A stretch of 64,000 nt of DNA from the NCBI GenBank assembly GCA_002633005.1, contig NMRA01000859.1, forward strand, positions 53,991 to 117,990. Direction: 5' to 3'. Made by a program: the position numbers and the translations under genes. The notes beneath the pieces are model-generated. The model had not been told where the DNA came from and made no database searches. It saw only the letters and a program-made list of their open reading frames with translations. Positions 46,328 through 61,300 of the stretch are shown piece after piece; the first letter of the stretch is position 1; every line of letters begins with the position of its first letter. The stretch is from Phoronis australis (taxonomy: Eukaryota; Animalia; Phoronida).

Positions 46328-49300
46328 TCATGCATGAGACGGGGGTGGTACTGAGTCAGGATTCCGATAGACAGTGTTAGACAACAGACTCCGTGGTACT
46401 GCAGCCGAATCTCGATAGACGGTGTTGGATAACGCACTCGGTGGTACAGGCGCAGGCATCTGGGTGTACATACCAGGGTTAGGCATTACATTGACAGTCT
46501 TGCGACTGCTGAAGTCAAGTCCTATATCAGCCACTGAAAGACACAAAACTCTTTGTGAAACACACATCGTATAAGACGTGAAGCATTGTTTCAAAATATG
46601 AATTTAACATGATGTCAGAACAAGTGCCTCGTTGATTGCTTGCAACATAAAGGTGATTAGAGCACGTGTCTCATTGATTGGCTGTTACCTAAAGGTTTAG
46701 TGATACCTAAATTCCATGCAATAAATTGATTCAATAATTAAAAGTAATTATCGTTTTATATGAAACCGGCACAGATCACTAGCCACTGTCACATCACTCA
46801 GACACAATCTAGTTTTTAATGTGTTCTGGACTACAGTCGTCAAATCTCGAGCCAACAGTAGCATATAAGTGGTCAAGTCTCAAGCCAACCATAGTGTCTG
46901 TGATGGCCAAGTCTTGAGTCAACCATAGCCTATACAAATGTCAAGTCTCATGCCAACCGTAGTGTATACAATGGCCAAATCTTAAACCAACCGTAGTGTG
47001 CACAGTGGTCAGCCATACAATAAACAATGGTCAAGTATCAAGTCAATCATAGTGTAAACAATGGTCAAGCCTCAAGTCAACAATTGTGTATGAAATGGTA
47101 AAGTCTCAAGCCAACCATAGGTATACAATTTTGAGTAGTTGGTAACAACAAACTTCGAATACCAAGTTACAGACTGAAAAGCCTGTGGGAGTTTGTCGTT
47201 AATAGGTAATGCTTTAACATACCAGACGGAAATCTGTGACCGTCGTTCAAGATGGACAGATTAGTGTGGCCTGTGTACAAATCAGCATGGGGCACCTGCA
47301 ACGAAATAACTGCAACTTAGAGTCTGTACCACCAGAGGTCACTAGTAGTTAGAAAGAGTACTAAGATATAACCAATGTTCTCAGCATAATGCCTCTTCAG
47401 TTACAAATTTGTTCTCCAATAGGGTCCTGATAAGAAAGGAAATATTGAATGTCAGACCAACAAAATGGTGTAAGAAAAAATGCTGTAAAATGATTAACAA
47501 TGACACCGGCAGCAACTGCCAGAGTGAAAGACTAGTACAAATTATCGAGCATCAACTTGTCTGAGCATTACCTTGTCTATCCCCCTCAGGCATACTCCTC
47601 TCCACCCACTTTATGTCCCCATCTCAACATACCTCTCCCCTCCAAACGTGCAACTGTAGCCCGTCCTGTCCCTACAAACCTCCGTCCTGTTTCTGCTCTC
47701 TTTCAAGCATACTCTTCGCCACCCACTCCACCCACTCTACCTCCCCCTGTCTCAATATACCTCTCCCTCAAAACATACCGTACGTCCCATCTCTACATAC
47801 TTCACATTCCCCTCGAACACACTGCTTTGCACCCACTGAACATACTCCTATCCCCCCCCAACAAACCACTGCGGCATGCTCAATCTCTAAATACTCCTCC
47901 CTCCAAACATACCACTGCAGCCCAATCCGGTTTCTGCATACTTCTTACTCCCGTCGAACANGTCACATGTCTTGATGAATCTTGTCTGCAGTACACCACA
48001 TCGTCATGAATAACAGAGATGCAGAATGTTGATAAGCGCCCTCTGCGGGCATAGCAAATGTCAGAGCTAAGGAATGCTCCTTTGTTCAAACATCTGCACG
48101 CATTAATCACCGTGAGCAACACTAGAAGCAGTGTGTATGGGGGCAGCACTAGTTATACAAAAACTGACACTGGCAATCCTGGGGGATATTGAGAGTATCG
48201 CAAAGAAAACCCAAATTATCACAGTGACTAAGGGATACTGCAAGACTTGGACCTAACCAATAATCGATGTCAGTCATGCTCACCTGACTAGAAACTAATT
48301 TGTCAGGGCAGAGAGTAAAATTTCAATTGAAACCGAATACTAATTTAATTGATTAGTGATTTGGGGAAAAGCCCAGTGATGGTTGAAGATCAATTTTTAT
48401 TATAAACGATCAACTGCGACTAAAAAGAGCTTAACAAAAAACAGGAAGCAGACATTTACGGAGAGATGGATATAAACAGAAATTGATTCTGTCAGATTTC
48501 AGCGAGTGACGTTAAGAAAAGCCTAGAGTTGCACCTGGAAAAATCTGGGGTGGCTAGTTCACAGATAAACCTGGGGCAGCCAGTTCACAGAAAAGGTTAC
48601 CAAATATCCAATACGCAATAATTTCTGCGTTCGACCAGTGGTCCTGATGATTCAGTGTCTGCACGGTTAGCAGAAGGTCCCAGGTTTGGGTCCAGGTCTG
48701 GCAGAAATCTTTTCGAACGATTGTTCATTAGGTCACGTTATGTGGCCAACAGGAGACATGAAGACCAGATTTAAAAATTTTGTGATCCAATATGGAAGGT
48801 TATCATTTTAAGGCAGGGCTTCATCTTCAAACAGATCATCGTAAACAAAAATCAAGCTCTTTTGGATGGTATTTTGCCATTTTGGCATGCCTTTTACTTG
48901 GAGAATTCATTGTAAACTGCTCAGGGGTCGCAGTAATTTTCTGACTGCGTGACCCACAAATAAAAATCAAGATCACAAGAAAACATTAAAAAACACTCTG
49001 ATCCATGGAATTTCTTGCTGGCAGTCATTACATGTTCATGTTGCACCGAGAGGTCACACCGAGAGGTCACACCGAGAGGTCATGAACATCTCGACTCATT
49101 TCAATACATTCTGAATAAGGATATTTCATTTCTAACGTGAATAAAATGCAAAGCTGTGCCTGGCCAATAATGATTGGACCGCATGCAAAAGTTTTGTGCA
49201 TCTCATGTTTTCAAGCATGTGATTCTTGCAGAAGCATCAATTTATTATGATTATCAACACCTAAAGAACAGGCGTATCCACCTGATTATCTTCAGTGAAG

Positions 49301-52300
49301 TTCATGGCACAACTAGAACCTTTGTTTCAAAATAAACATGATCTGCATGTGATGAACTAGCTCATGCAATGCGGTGTGAAAGTGGCAAAGCAGTGTGAAA
49401 GTGGCATAGCCTGCCACGCATATTTAAAATCGCTAGGTAACATTATTCCACGTTAGTGTACAGCAATGAAAAAGATTGGGGTCCAAAAAGCTTTGAAAAT
49501 ACTGCTGACGGACAAGCATAAATAAAAATGGCCAAACTAACCTTGGGCTTGGCGTGGATACAGACAGTGGTGAGGTGGACTGCAGCTGGGCCACTGGGAC
49601 AACATGGGCAATCTTGTTGCCAGGGATGGGCTCGCCTGTGTGTGGGTCCATGACGATGTCTTCTGGTAGCCCTTGGATACACGTGTACATACTGGGTACA
49701 GGGCTAGGGCTGGGGAACGGGCGAGTTGTTGGAGTTATAGCTGTGACTGGTACAGTTGGCTTGGGCTGTGGGATAAATCAGAGCATTACATTTACAAGTT
49801 TTCGGGAGATGGAGACTTACGTGACAAAGGGAGGGCGATAATGTAAACACGCACACGCACCCAAACACACACTGATAACCATCCTCTCACAAGGCATTTC
49901 TCATATAAAAGTTGTGTTGTGACAGCGATGAGATTTTCTAATGACTTGTTTTCTGGATTTAACACCAGGAGTCACAGTTGACTGTCAACCTCCACTGGAT
50001 ACATGTATGACAATTTTCTTAATCACCACCTCAGTGATTAAACGTGAAGGAGTGAATTGCCAGCCAAGGGTAGAGGACTCTGCACTGACTTTAAGTCACC
50101 TGTTTTGATAAGAACTGACAGTGATGTCTGTACAAGTCTAGGAGATGCAGTTTTCCACTGATTGAAAATAAAATTAAAACAGGGAAATTGAGACATTGGT
50201 AAGATAATAAAAATGTAATTTTCCTTAGTAAGACTTATTGAGGATTATGATTACATAACAGACACATGAAGATCAACTTACAGATAACGCACTAGAGATA
50301 AAGAAAAACCACATGACTCAAACGTCAAATGAGATGAAAGTAACAGTAGAGATAAATGAAAAACCACACAACTCAAGCATCGAATCAGGGCTGTTCCAGT
50401 AAAATCTGTATGGGAGGGGGGAAGGCACCTTTTTTCGCACCCACCCCCCATATTTTTCATTTATTTCTTCAGCCTACCACCCGTAATTTTTTATAAGTTT
50501 GAAATGCAACCACCCGTAATTTTTTTTTGTTCTTGTGGTTGACTGCACAGGCGCTTGAGTTTATCTGTTCCTCCATCACCACTAACGTCATTCATTAATA
50601 AGAAAACATAATGTTTCTTATATATGGTTTTTAGCCATCGAGAAATTCGAGCACCTGTGGTTAACTGGTGTTATGGGCATGCCGATGAGATCGGAGGGAG
50701 TGAAAAAATCGGAGCTTTTTGCAAGTTGCATTTTTGTTTCAGTTTTTGATTCTGTGTTTATAAAATTTACTAAAATTACCCACCATCAAACATTTATGGC
50801 CCAATGAAACAACAACGACCTGTAATTTTTTATTTTTTTGAAGTACGACCACCAGCCATTTTGAATTTAAATCAAACGCAACCACCCATAAATTTTTATT
50901 TCAGTTGCCTTCCCCCCCTCCCACACAGATTTTGCTGGAACAGCCCTCAGACGATAGCGGTAAGGATAATGAAAGACCACACGACCTGAGTGACAAATGA
51001 AATTAAACAATAGAGATAAATGAAAAATCCCATGCCCCAAGTGTCGAATGAGATGATTAGGTTACAAAATACTCGAATATTAACAATAATTATGACACTG
51101 AAGGATGATTGAGGTGATTACGATGAGACACTAAAATATTAAGCACACATGGTACTGAGAGAGAACTGAGACGATATCATTACAAACTTCTTAAAAGTCG
51201 ATCCCGATTGAAATGAAATAAGACTGTAACATGACAGCTGCCAGGTTGTGTTTAAGAACTAAACTTCCGGGCCCATCTAAGGCTCTTCGTCAAATAAAAC
51301 CAAGCCGCCAATAGGTAGCACTCATTATTTCAATACTATGTAACTGTGCCAGCTACGAACATACATTCCGCTGAGACGATTAAGTTGACAAGATACGAGT
51401 CCCATTGGCCGCACTGAACTTATTAATAATCTTTCTGTCTGACATCTGGAGTCAGATGTCACAACATACTGAAAGATCAACATTTATATGAAACTATAAA
51501 AAGGGACAAATGAGATGCTTTATTTCGATTACAAGATACTGAACACTAATACTTGCACGACACCGAAGGATAAAAGACATGCAAATCAATTTCTGCACAC
51601 ATAAAATGATTATATAACATGAATATGCCAAGAAAACCAAAAGTTATGAAAGGTGGACCCGCCCTCTAGATGAGAGCATCTCTGCATCATTATTCACTAG
51701 TAAAAAACACTCTATGTACCTGGGATGACACCGCCTGGACTGGCTCAGTCAGTTTGAACTTGGCCGTGTCCTTCAGTCTCTTGATTGGGCCAAACTTAGA
51801 CACGATTGGCGGGTCAAAGGGCACGAATTGGTCAACTAACTCAGTCCTGAAACAGACAGGAGATGGGCGTAGAAACTTATGGGGACAAATAATTGTTACA
51901 ACCAATTATTGTCATTCTACACACAACTTCTTACGATTGTGAGAGCACAAAAACGTCTTTCGTGTAACCTAATTTTGTATTCTGGTGAGCAAAGCAGGTA
52001 AAGTTGACAAGAAAGAGGCACTGCTGTTTTCACTCGTGACATTTTGACACAATATTTTTGTGTCAATCGCTTGAATATCCGGCTGCGTAATGGTACAATG
52101 ATAATATGACAGCATGGTGGGGGCGAAAATTGTAAAAAATGCTGCGAAATCCTACTGCATTTGGTAAATCCTCACTCAGGAGGGCAAGACATTTTCCACC
52201 AACCACACCAGTGCCATAAACAGACATCATGTCTTCGCATTTGGACAAATGACTACTGAGACTAGAAAGGGGTTATTTCATTTTTGCTTTGCCAGTATTC

Positions 52301-55300
52301 AACATGAATTTATCTCAACAAGAAAAGTAAAAAAAATCCATTCAGTGGCACTCAGTATAGTGCAATATTATCCAACATCACTCTTGCCCACACGTGCTCT
52401 TTGTCAGAGGGCCATCCATACAAAGAATCGCTACAGCCATGAATATAAATCATACTTTCAGTTAGACTTACCTATTGCGACCAGCGCTCGTATTGCGCAC
52501 TCTGTTGGTCGTGTATGTTGGTTCCGTCATCATTCGCGGAATCACTGGTGTGACCTGGTGTGTGAAACCATGAGCCAACATCAAGGTGCATACCAACCGT
52601 TCAAGCCATACTTATGCCATATTGACAACATCAAGTTAGTATAGAAGAGTCAACAGACTTCAGCAAAACAAACAACTGTTAATTAACATGATTGGAGATG
52701 ATACACAGGGGTAGCCCCGGATTACACAGTGATAGAACTCTTTTGACACGGAGGTAAGAAAGCGTATTGTTTTCATTGTCCGCCTTTTGAAATGTCAGGC
52801 ACATTTCCACGGGTTATGTCAGAAGCCGTTCAGGTGTATGGCCGTGGACATATTCCCGGTTTCAATCGTTTAAAAGTACCGAAACCGAGAAGGTATCGTT
52901 AAGAAAGGGAACTTTGTTTGGTTCAACATTAACCCGATGAGCTTGATTTATCCATTCGCTCTGCATTTTCCTGTCTTTCATTGATGTCCAGAAAGTGAAC
53001 AAAATAACGCCACACATCTATATCATTATTTGTCAAGTTTATCCAACTCTCTCCCGTCAGAGTTGCAGCCCATAGCAGTAGTGCTATGATAATTTCCATT
53101 GTCTAATATACACAACAGCTTATTATTAAACGACTTATTCTAAGTTATTAAAATGACATAAGCAAGAAATTGAGTTTCGGGCCTTGAAACTAGGGCTTCC
53201 TATATTAATATAGATAGCCCCACCCCAAGGTGGCCAAGGAGCGAGTCCCTCCATATTAACATAGGTGGCCCCAGCTTGAAGGCGGCCAAAGAGGGGGCCC
53301 CTATACGAAGGCGGGCGAATAGCAGAGCCCTTATATTAATATAGGTGACGCTTCCGGAAGGCAGCCAAAACTTGATGTCCCGTTCCTTGGCCATTTTTGG
53401 GATGGGCCCTCTATATTAATACAAGGGGCTACTTTTTGAGGTCTGAATTTCAATTGCCTGCCTATGTTATTTCATGCGCGTACATTGCTTTAAACACTCA
53501 CTACAGCTTTAATAGGTGGCTCAAAGTATCCTGATGACCAGGGGTTATAAACTCGTTCTGCAGCACTGAGCCCAGGTGGGTAGTCATCCACTTCCCCAAG
53601 GTTGAATGGATCATGCAGGGGCATGTCAACACCATGTTCACCAGGAAGGCTCTTGTTCAACTTGGCCAGGATGGTATTACGTTGCTGCTGCAGTCCCTTC
53701 AGGGCGCTGTCAGGAGTCGTTGGTCTCTGAAAGACGAGTTGGCTAAGTGTGAATCTTTATGTCAAGTTTCATTGAAATCCGTCAATCCATTCTCTCGAAA
53801 TCATCGGGAAATGCTCTTTCACACAAAATACTGAAGAGGCTACACCCCCCCTCCTCCTTGTTCCTAGGAACCGGGAAAATTGAAAAGTTGCATTAACTGC
53901 TGTAGCGATGCCCTGCACCATTGTGCCAAAATCTGACCAGGGGTGTTCCAGATGTCGAGCAGACGCCTGGACAAAGTGATGACAATATACGACCACATAT
54001 GTAGGGTAATAATAATTCATTATGATTTGATTGGTCAGACTGACCCTGACGGACCTGCTGGACATTATTTACACTTTCAAAGTGGCCTGGTCTAGTATCA
54101 CATAAGCAGGCTTTCAAGAAGTTTTAGACAAAAAAAAGGAAAAATAGGACTAATTTTCAAAAAAAAGTTGGAAAAAGTAGGATAAGTAGGAACGGTTGAG
54201 AGCCTGCATAAGGTATAACACATGGAGACAGGCAACATACGCACATTATTTTTACTTCCGACTTATACCTTTTATCACATTTTTAAAACATTTCAGCACG
54301 ATCATTCAAATAATGCAACAAGTTGGAACATAATTTATACTACTTTGCCTGAGCTAATAAACCTGAGAAAAATCTGTTTCATACCACACCCCTTCACTTC
54401 AAATGGTTACTTCTCAGAAGGTGTCAAGTTCAATGTTGGTCTTACTGAAGGATTGTTGTTGTGAGCAACACGACATATATGTCAAAGACTTAACTGGACA
54501 TTCAGATAAGTGATTCAGTTATAATTTTTACTTCATGTACAGAACACCACTGGAACTGAAGGCCACTGCTAAGTCACTCAGCACTCCTTTGCCCAGTTGC
54601 ATGAAACAGTCCCAAATAGGGACTCAACTAAATTCCCTAAATCAACTGCGTATTTGTGGGCTAGTGAAAACTCTATTTGTCCTTTCTCATGATGTTTGAG
54701 TCTCATTAAGTCAATTTTAGGTTTTGATACAAATCGACAATGGTCTCTAAATTGAATTACAAATATTACTGAAAACAGGTAAGGATCTTTTCATGCAATA
54801 CCTTAAATTTAAGGACTAAGTCCCTAATTATTATGACTCAATTAAGGACCCTATTTTTAATTACATATTTAATTAGAAAATGTCATTAGTCAACAAGGAG
54901 CTCATTATGACAGAAAAATGTAACGTCTGTGAGTAAAGAACAAACAAAACAAATACGCAAAAGATTACTGTTTCATGAAACCGGCCACTGAGTGCCAGAC
55001 ACATGACTGTTACTGATTTGAGGCTTGAACTAAATTTACAATTCTTGCCTATCTGACATCATAATGTCAAAGATGCTGCATCACGGTACTTACTCTTAGA
55101 GAAACGAGAGACAAATAGAACTTAATTACCTGAAACATGGACTGTTCCATCTTTCCCTTTGGCGCGTGATGCAGCTGGTATCCCTGGGCAGGGTACATTG
55201 GCCTGCCTAAGGGGAGAAAAGAGTTAATGCTAAGAGATGTGAGAAGAGTTCAAGTAACAAAGATATAGACACTTAGTCAGTTGATTGATCGGCCAGTCTG

Positions 55301-58300
55301 CTGGTGAGTCAGGAACCCATATACCTAATTTCATGAAGAACCACCTATTAAGAACTTTATAGATATCCAGTCAGACTTAAAAGAAAATCAAATTGCCTCA
55401 AAGTGAAACACAGTAATCAGAACTGTCCAAATATTAACCGCAACCATGCTCTCTTCAATATGATCACAAAAGCCACATTTTCAGAAAGATCCATCAAAGA
55501 ACTGCCACTAGAAGATGCCATAGTTGATCTGTAGCGCCAGTTTGACCAACCTTTCCTTGACGAGTACGGCAGTTCGTAAGTCATCATACGTGGCGGTGCG
55601 GCGGCCATGTTACGCGCAAACTCTTCACTGTCAGAGATGGGTGTGTTTGTAGCCTGCGACACGTGACTAGAACAGAAAGACAAGAGTTAGTCAATCTAAC
55701 TTCCTCACAGCTCACTTATAACCATTTCCATGTCTTTAGGAACCCTTGTTAAGAAAACAAATTGTGTAAAAATATGGTTAACAGAGGACTGCAGTGTTAA
55801 ACTAGAAAGATTATTGTCACGGCGTGACAATAACGGACTCTGCGCATGCGTATTACTGGAATTATTATGGGAAGTTACTGACAGCAACCCGTTTACCAAT
55901 ATGAAAAGGAATTCCTTAAAATTGTAGGAGAAATTACATATTAATTTTTTGATGACCTTTCCACTAATTGACCTCTTCCGGTGCATTATGAGCCTCGATG
56001 AGGGAGTAATTGTTAACTCTATTAAAAGTGTGGTTAATGCTAATGATCACAGATGTTTTACTTTAAGCACTTCAGAATACAAGATGAATGAAGTGGTCAA
56101 ACTTTCAGAAGAAAAATGCACCTAATGACCCCATGGGTGCACCAAATGACCTGAAAATTTAGAATTCAAACTCAATCACACTTAGTAAACAGCTACGTAA
56201 TTCTGAAGTCTCTAGCTCAAAATTTTAGTTTGCACTCAATGACCTTTGACCTATTTTTTCTGATTGGTTAGGCCTATTGCGAAGTAAAGTAGGGTATTCA
56301 ATTGGCATGTTGACTTACACCAGTGTGATGAAATTGAAAAGAATTCCTTGAAAAACGTAAGAGATATAACATTTTGAACGTTACATGACCTTTGCACTAA
56401 TTGACCTTATCCGGTGCATTTTAAGCATCTTTAGGAGAATTATTGCAAAGCCCATGGAAAATGTGTTTAACGCTGAGAATCACAGTTGTCTAACGGTTGA
56501 CACATCAGAATACTTGCTGATTGAAAAGGTCAAATTTTCAGAAGAAAAATGCACCTAATGACCCCATGTTTGCACTAAATGACCTGAAACTTTGGATTCC
56601 GATTTGATTTACCCGTGGCAATCAGACCTGTCAATTTGAAGTGTCTAGCTCAAAATTTTAGTTTGCACCTAATGACCATTGACCTATTTCACCTGATTGG
56701 ATGACCCGATTACTTAGAAAAGTAATTTTTCAAATGGTCATGTTGACTTATACCTGTGCACCGAATTTGAAAAAGATAGCTTTAAAACTAAAGGAGGAGT
56801 AGCATTTTGAAAATTATTTGACCTTTGCTCCGAACGACCTCTTCCGGTGCATTATGGAATATGAATATATAATGAATTGAAATTTATATACTGCCTAACA
56901 TCATATTTTCAATTTGAAGAACATACCTGCAACCATTTTGGAGTTATTAAGTTTCAAAGGTGGTCGGAAGAAGAATAAGAATAAGAATAAGAATGAGAAT
57001 AAGAAGAATAAAATTGAAGAAAACCCAGGAACAACTACAGTACTCTGCGCTTACACGCGCAGAGTAACAAGGTGATAAGAGTAATTCAGTGTTAAATATG
57101 TTAAGCCTAGAAATGCAGTTTTAAACATGGTAAACAAAGTACTGCAGTATTAAACTACACAGCAACAAAATGAAAGTGAAACAGCAATTGTGCTGCTTTC
57201 GGTTAATGGTTCAAACCCCCATGACACCAGTATAAGACAGAACACCCATATGGCAACACTTTAGCAAAAAACAAACACTCAGAGACAGACACTTAGAGAC
57301 AAGAAGCTTTCCTGCATTTTTTTCAGAAAACTTCTATCTGGCAATTTTTCTGAAGCTTGACCACTGCCCCAGATGGTGTCTACTCATCCCAAGGTCCAAT
57401 AGCTGTAGCTCCAGTAGCACCACCAATTAGATGGTTCAGCAGTTATGGCTTCAGTAGTGCCTTGGGTCTGGCAATGGTGGCAGAGCAGTGGGATGTGAAG
57501 AACGTCCACCTACATGTTTGATGGTCCAGCAGTTATTGGTCAAGCAGTGCCATCTGCCTGATGATCCAGTAGTTATTGGTCAAGCAGTGCCATCTGCCTG
57601 ATGATGGAGTAGTTATTGGTCAAGCAGTGCCATCTGCCTGATGATTCCGTAGTTATTGTCAAGCAGTGCCATTTGCTTAATGATTCAGTAGCTATTGGTC
57701 AAGCAGTGCCATCTGCCTGATGATTCAGTAGCTATTGGTCAAGTAGTGCCATCTGCCTGATGATTCAGTAGCTATTGGTCAAGTAGTGCCATCTACCTGA
57801 TGATGGAGTAGTTGTTACTCATTATTAGTAATTCTACCTACCTGTCTGATGGCTCAACAGTTATGGGCATGGGCTCCACTCGTGGTTTGGTGATGGTGGT
57901 GGTGATGGTGGTGGTGGCAGGCTGTTGAGGTATGCAGTACTTCTTACTTCGTGCTCGGAAACTATGGACATACAAGTTCAAATCTCTTCAACGTCAACAA
58001 AGGTGAATGAGAAATGCAATGCAAAACAGAATTCTTTGTAAGAACAGAGACGAAGTGTGTCGTAAGAACAGAGACAAAGTGTGTTCATGGACCTCAATAA
58101 GAATTATCTCAGAGACTATCACACAATCGTGCACAGTCACTCAATATGAATCACTAACGCATGCACACACATTTTAGAATCACTGAGTGTGTAACCGCTG
58201 ATCTAAGCACATTAATATGACAGTCACTAAATGTGTAATGATTAATCTGTGCATACTCATATCACAATCACTGAATGTAAAATCACCGATCTATACACAC

Positions 58301-61300
58301 ACATATCACAATCACAGAATGTGAAATCACAGCTCTATACATACTCATATCACAATGACTGAATGTGAAATCACCGATCTATACACACACATATCACAAT
58401 CAACACTTACTGCTCCAACTCTTCACTGGTGTGAGCAAATGTGCACTGGTTGCCACGGGGACAGTTGCCCTTGGCATGGTCACGGCACATGCTCGTCTTG
58501 TACTTGGCATTGTGCACTGCTTGAACATCTGCCTTTTTGGGGGTGTGGTTAGATATGATGGACATTAGGGTGTCGACTGCAACCTTTGCCGACACCAGAG
58601 CTTCAGCTAGCATCTTCCATGAGGTGGGAGGAGCATCTGTAGATAAAAATTGAGGGCGGAGCTCATCAGTGAATGATAAACAGAAACCAAAGCTTCAGCC
58701 AGTGTCCTTCACAGCACATGGGCAGCATCACAGAAACTGTGATTGACACAAGTCATGTAAAATAAAATAATTGCAGGCAGCCTGGTACACGAATCAGACA
58801 TGCGCAGGTAGTTTGGGTTATTCCATTGAACTAAACACTTGACACATGTAACAATTCATCGAGAATGTGACATATGTCGCAAAAATCCATTTTCAAAAAA
58901 GAAACGCTACTGTTTACAATTCAAAAAGACACAACCTGAACATTTTTTTTGTTAGTCACTCTCATCAAATGTGTATGGACAGGACGTGGGTTAACTGCAC
59001 ATGACCAGTTTATTTATTAGAATACAAAACTGAAAATATGAAATACAAGAGCAATGTACAGCTTTGACAAGTGCCTGCCATTTGCATCACAGTAAATATA
59101 TATTATTAAGGGATGCTAGTCCAATCTATTTGCAAATCATCACCAGTTGTGCTCCTCTTATTATTTGCCACCAGGGGGCACTACACCAGATTTGCTTTCC
59201 TCATTAAAATCCCACATGTCAAATTGCATGAAGAACCATAAGGGAATACGACTCTTCTGCCCCGACCGGGGTTCGAGATCTTCTCAGACTCATATATATG
59301 TCACGTGATGTGGCCAAAATATGGCTTTTATAAAGACTATTAAATTATTATTTATATCATAGCAACGCACCGATTTATAACTTGCAGCACGATTATATAT
59401 ATTCCCAAGTTTAGGTGAGATGCTTACTATTTGGTCTGTTTGGATTTCTGTAATCGACTGGTGTACTAAAGCGTCTGCAAAGGTTAATAGAAAGTCCTGG
59501 GTTCGAACTCCCGTCAGGACAAAGATCTTTCCAGGTTTAAATATAGGTCACGAGATGTGGCCAACATAATATCTAATTATGACACCCATCACCCGTCCAA
59601 GTCCACTCATCCCTTAAGCTCCCATGCTACCCCTCATCATTACCCCTCCACCCCCTCCCCCACCTCTTACCACTCCCAACACAATCCCCACCCGACACTA
59701 ACCTGGGTTCATATCTATCTTGCTCAACCTTTCCAAGTGTCTACTGATATTACTCGTGTTGATGTCCTGTTTGGACCGCTGTAGTGAGAACATGAGTTCA
59801 CTGATGCTTTGTGAGAATGACTCCGAGGTCTGCAGCTGGAGAAACAGATGGTATTTTTGGGTATGCGATGGTAAATGGTCATAACAGACAACTATCCTGG
59901 GGAGAGTTCAGGAACGCTAGGACATGCACTGTGTAGAACCTGGATAAAATCTAGCCAAAATCACGTGTTCTCATTTAAAATACACTGCAACACTCATGGT
60001 CCAATTCAAATAATACTTTCAAACTTATTATTAAAAAGTGGCTGAAATTTACTCAACCATTCTTACACCTTACCAGTCTTAGTTATGTCATTTTTCATTA
60101 TTATATTAATACTCTCAATATTTAATATTACCTCTTTTTTCTTAATCAAATTTTCATCATCCTTCATCATATATATATTTTATCTGAATTCTCAACCTGT
60201 TTTAATTGTATCTTCGTTACATGTATTTAATTATTGTTTTACTAGTACTATATTTACTGTTTTATATTTTCTTGTTGAGGGCCCTCTTGGAAAGCAGTGC
60301 TGTCACTGAAGACACCACCCTCATTTTAAATATTACAAAATAAATAAATAAATAAATAAATATCGCAAAGTTTTGCTTGTTAGCGAGAATCTAGCATTAC
60401 TAAACTCTGCCCAGGGGTACAGACAATGATTTAGTTTAGGCATTGGTAAACGGTCATGAGTGAACGTTTCTAAACAGAACTGATGACTAAACCATAAGAC
60501 AGTGTAAAACTGATGGACTAGTTAGAGTGCAACTTTTACTACATACTTTGTCAATGATAGACTGCATGTGTGACTTGTGTGAAGCATCTCCATAGAGAAG
60601 AGATGACCACTGGTCAGGAGCTATCCTCAGACCGGCCTCTGTAGCTATCTGGACAATCTGAGAGTCATGTTCCCGTCGTAGCTGGTCATAGGTACGAAAC
60701 TCTTCCTTCAGCTCCATCAGAGAAGACTCCCCTTCACGTTTGGACACCTGAGGTGTAACATAATGGCAACTGTAACCATGGCAACTGATAATGATTGGAA
60801 CATCACTTGGTAATAATGAAATAAGACATACCAATAGGACACTGATGGTAATGATGAGAACACTAAATAATGCCCACCAATAGGTCACTCTATATGCTTC
60901 TGAAACACTTGTTGACGAGTAAATGCATTTCAGTTTCAGTTGAGGGGAATATTGAATATGGTACCTACGGCAAAAAAGCATATTAGCTGGCTGTGATCTT
61001 TCCCTCATTTTACTTTGAAACTTATGTTCACAAGCTAAACAAAATGCTTGCCCACACCAGGTTCTATGAAGGCATTGTGTCTTCGAAAATTAGCCATTTT
61101 AGCTTGGGATTAACAACTATAGCACTAAACTAGAATGTTACTGCCAATGAGGGCAGTCAAAATAAATATTTGCACACAGATATCTTTGACCTATAAATTT
61201 TGAATGAATGATTGGATGGCTTAGAAAAGTATTTTTTAATTGGCATGTTAGTTTAAAAGAGGACAAAGAAGTTGAAAAGCATAACTTTAGCACTATAGGA

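Noticed and set aside
48285-48288. Possible 4-nt microexon (ctag|TCAG|gtgagc on minus) in Roquin
   Set aside because: The needed phase change is already supplied by exon 47913-47985; including both would break the frame.
59444-59520. Functional tRNA gene
   Set aside because: Only a B-box-like arm; no acceptor stem or complete cloverleaf.
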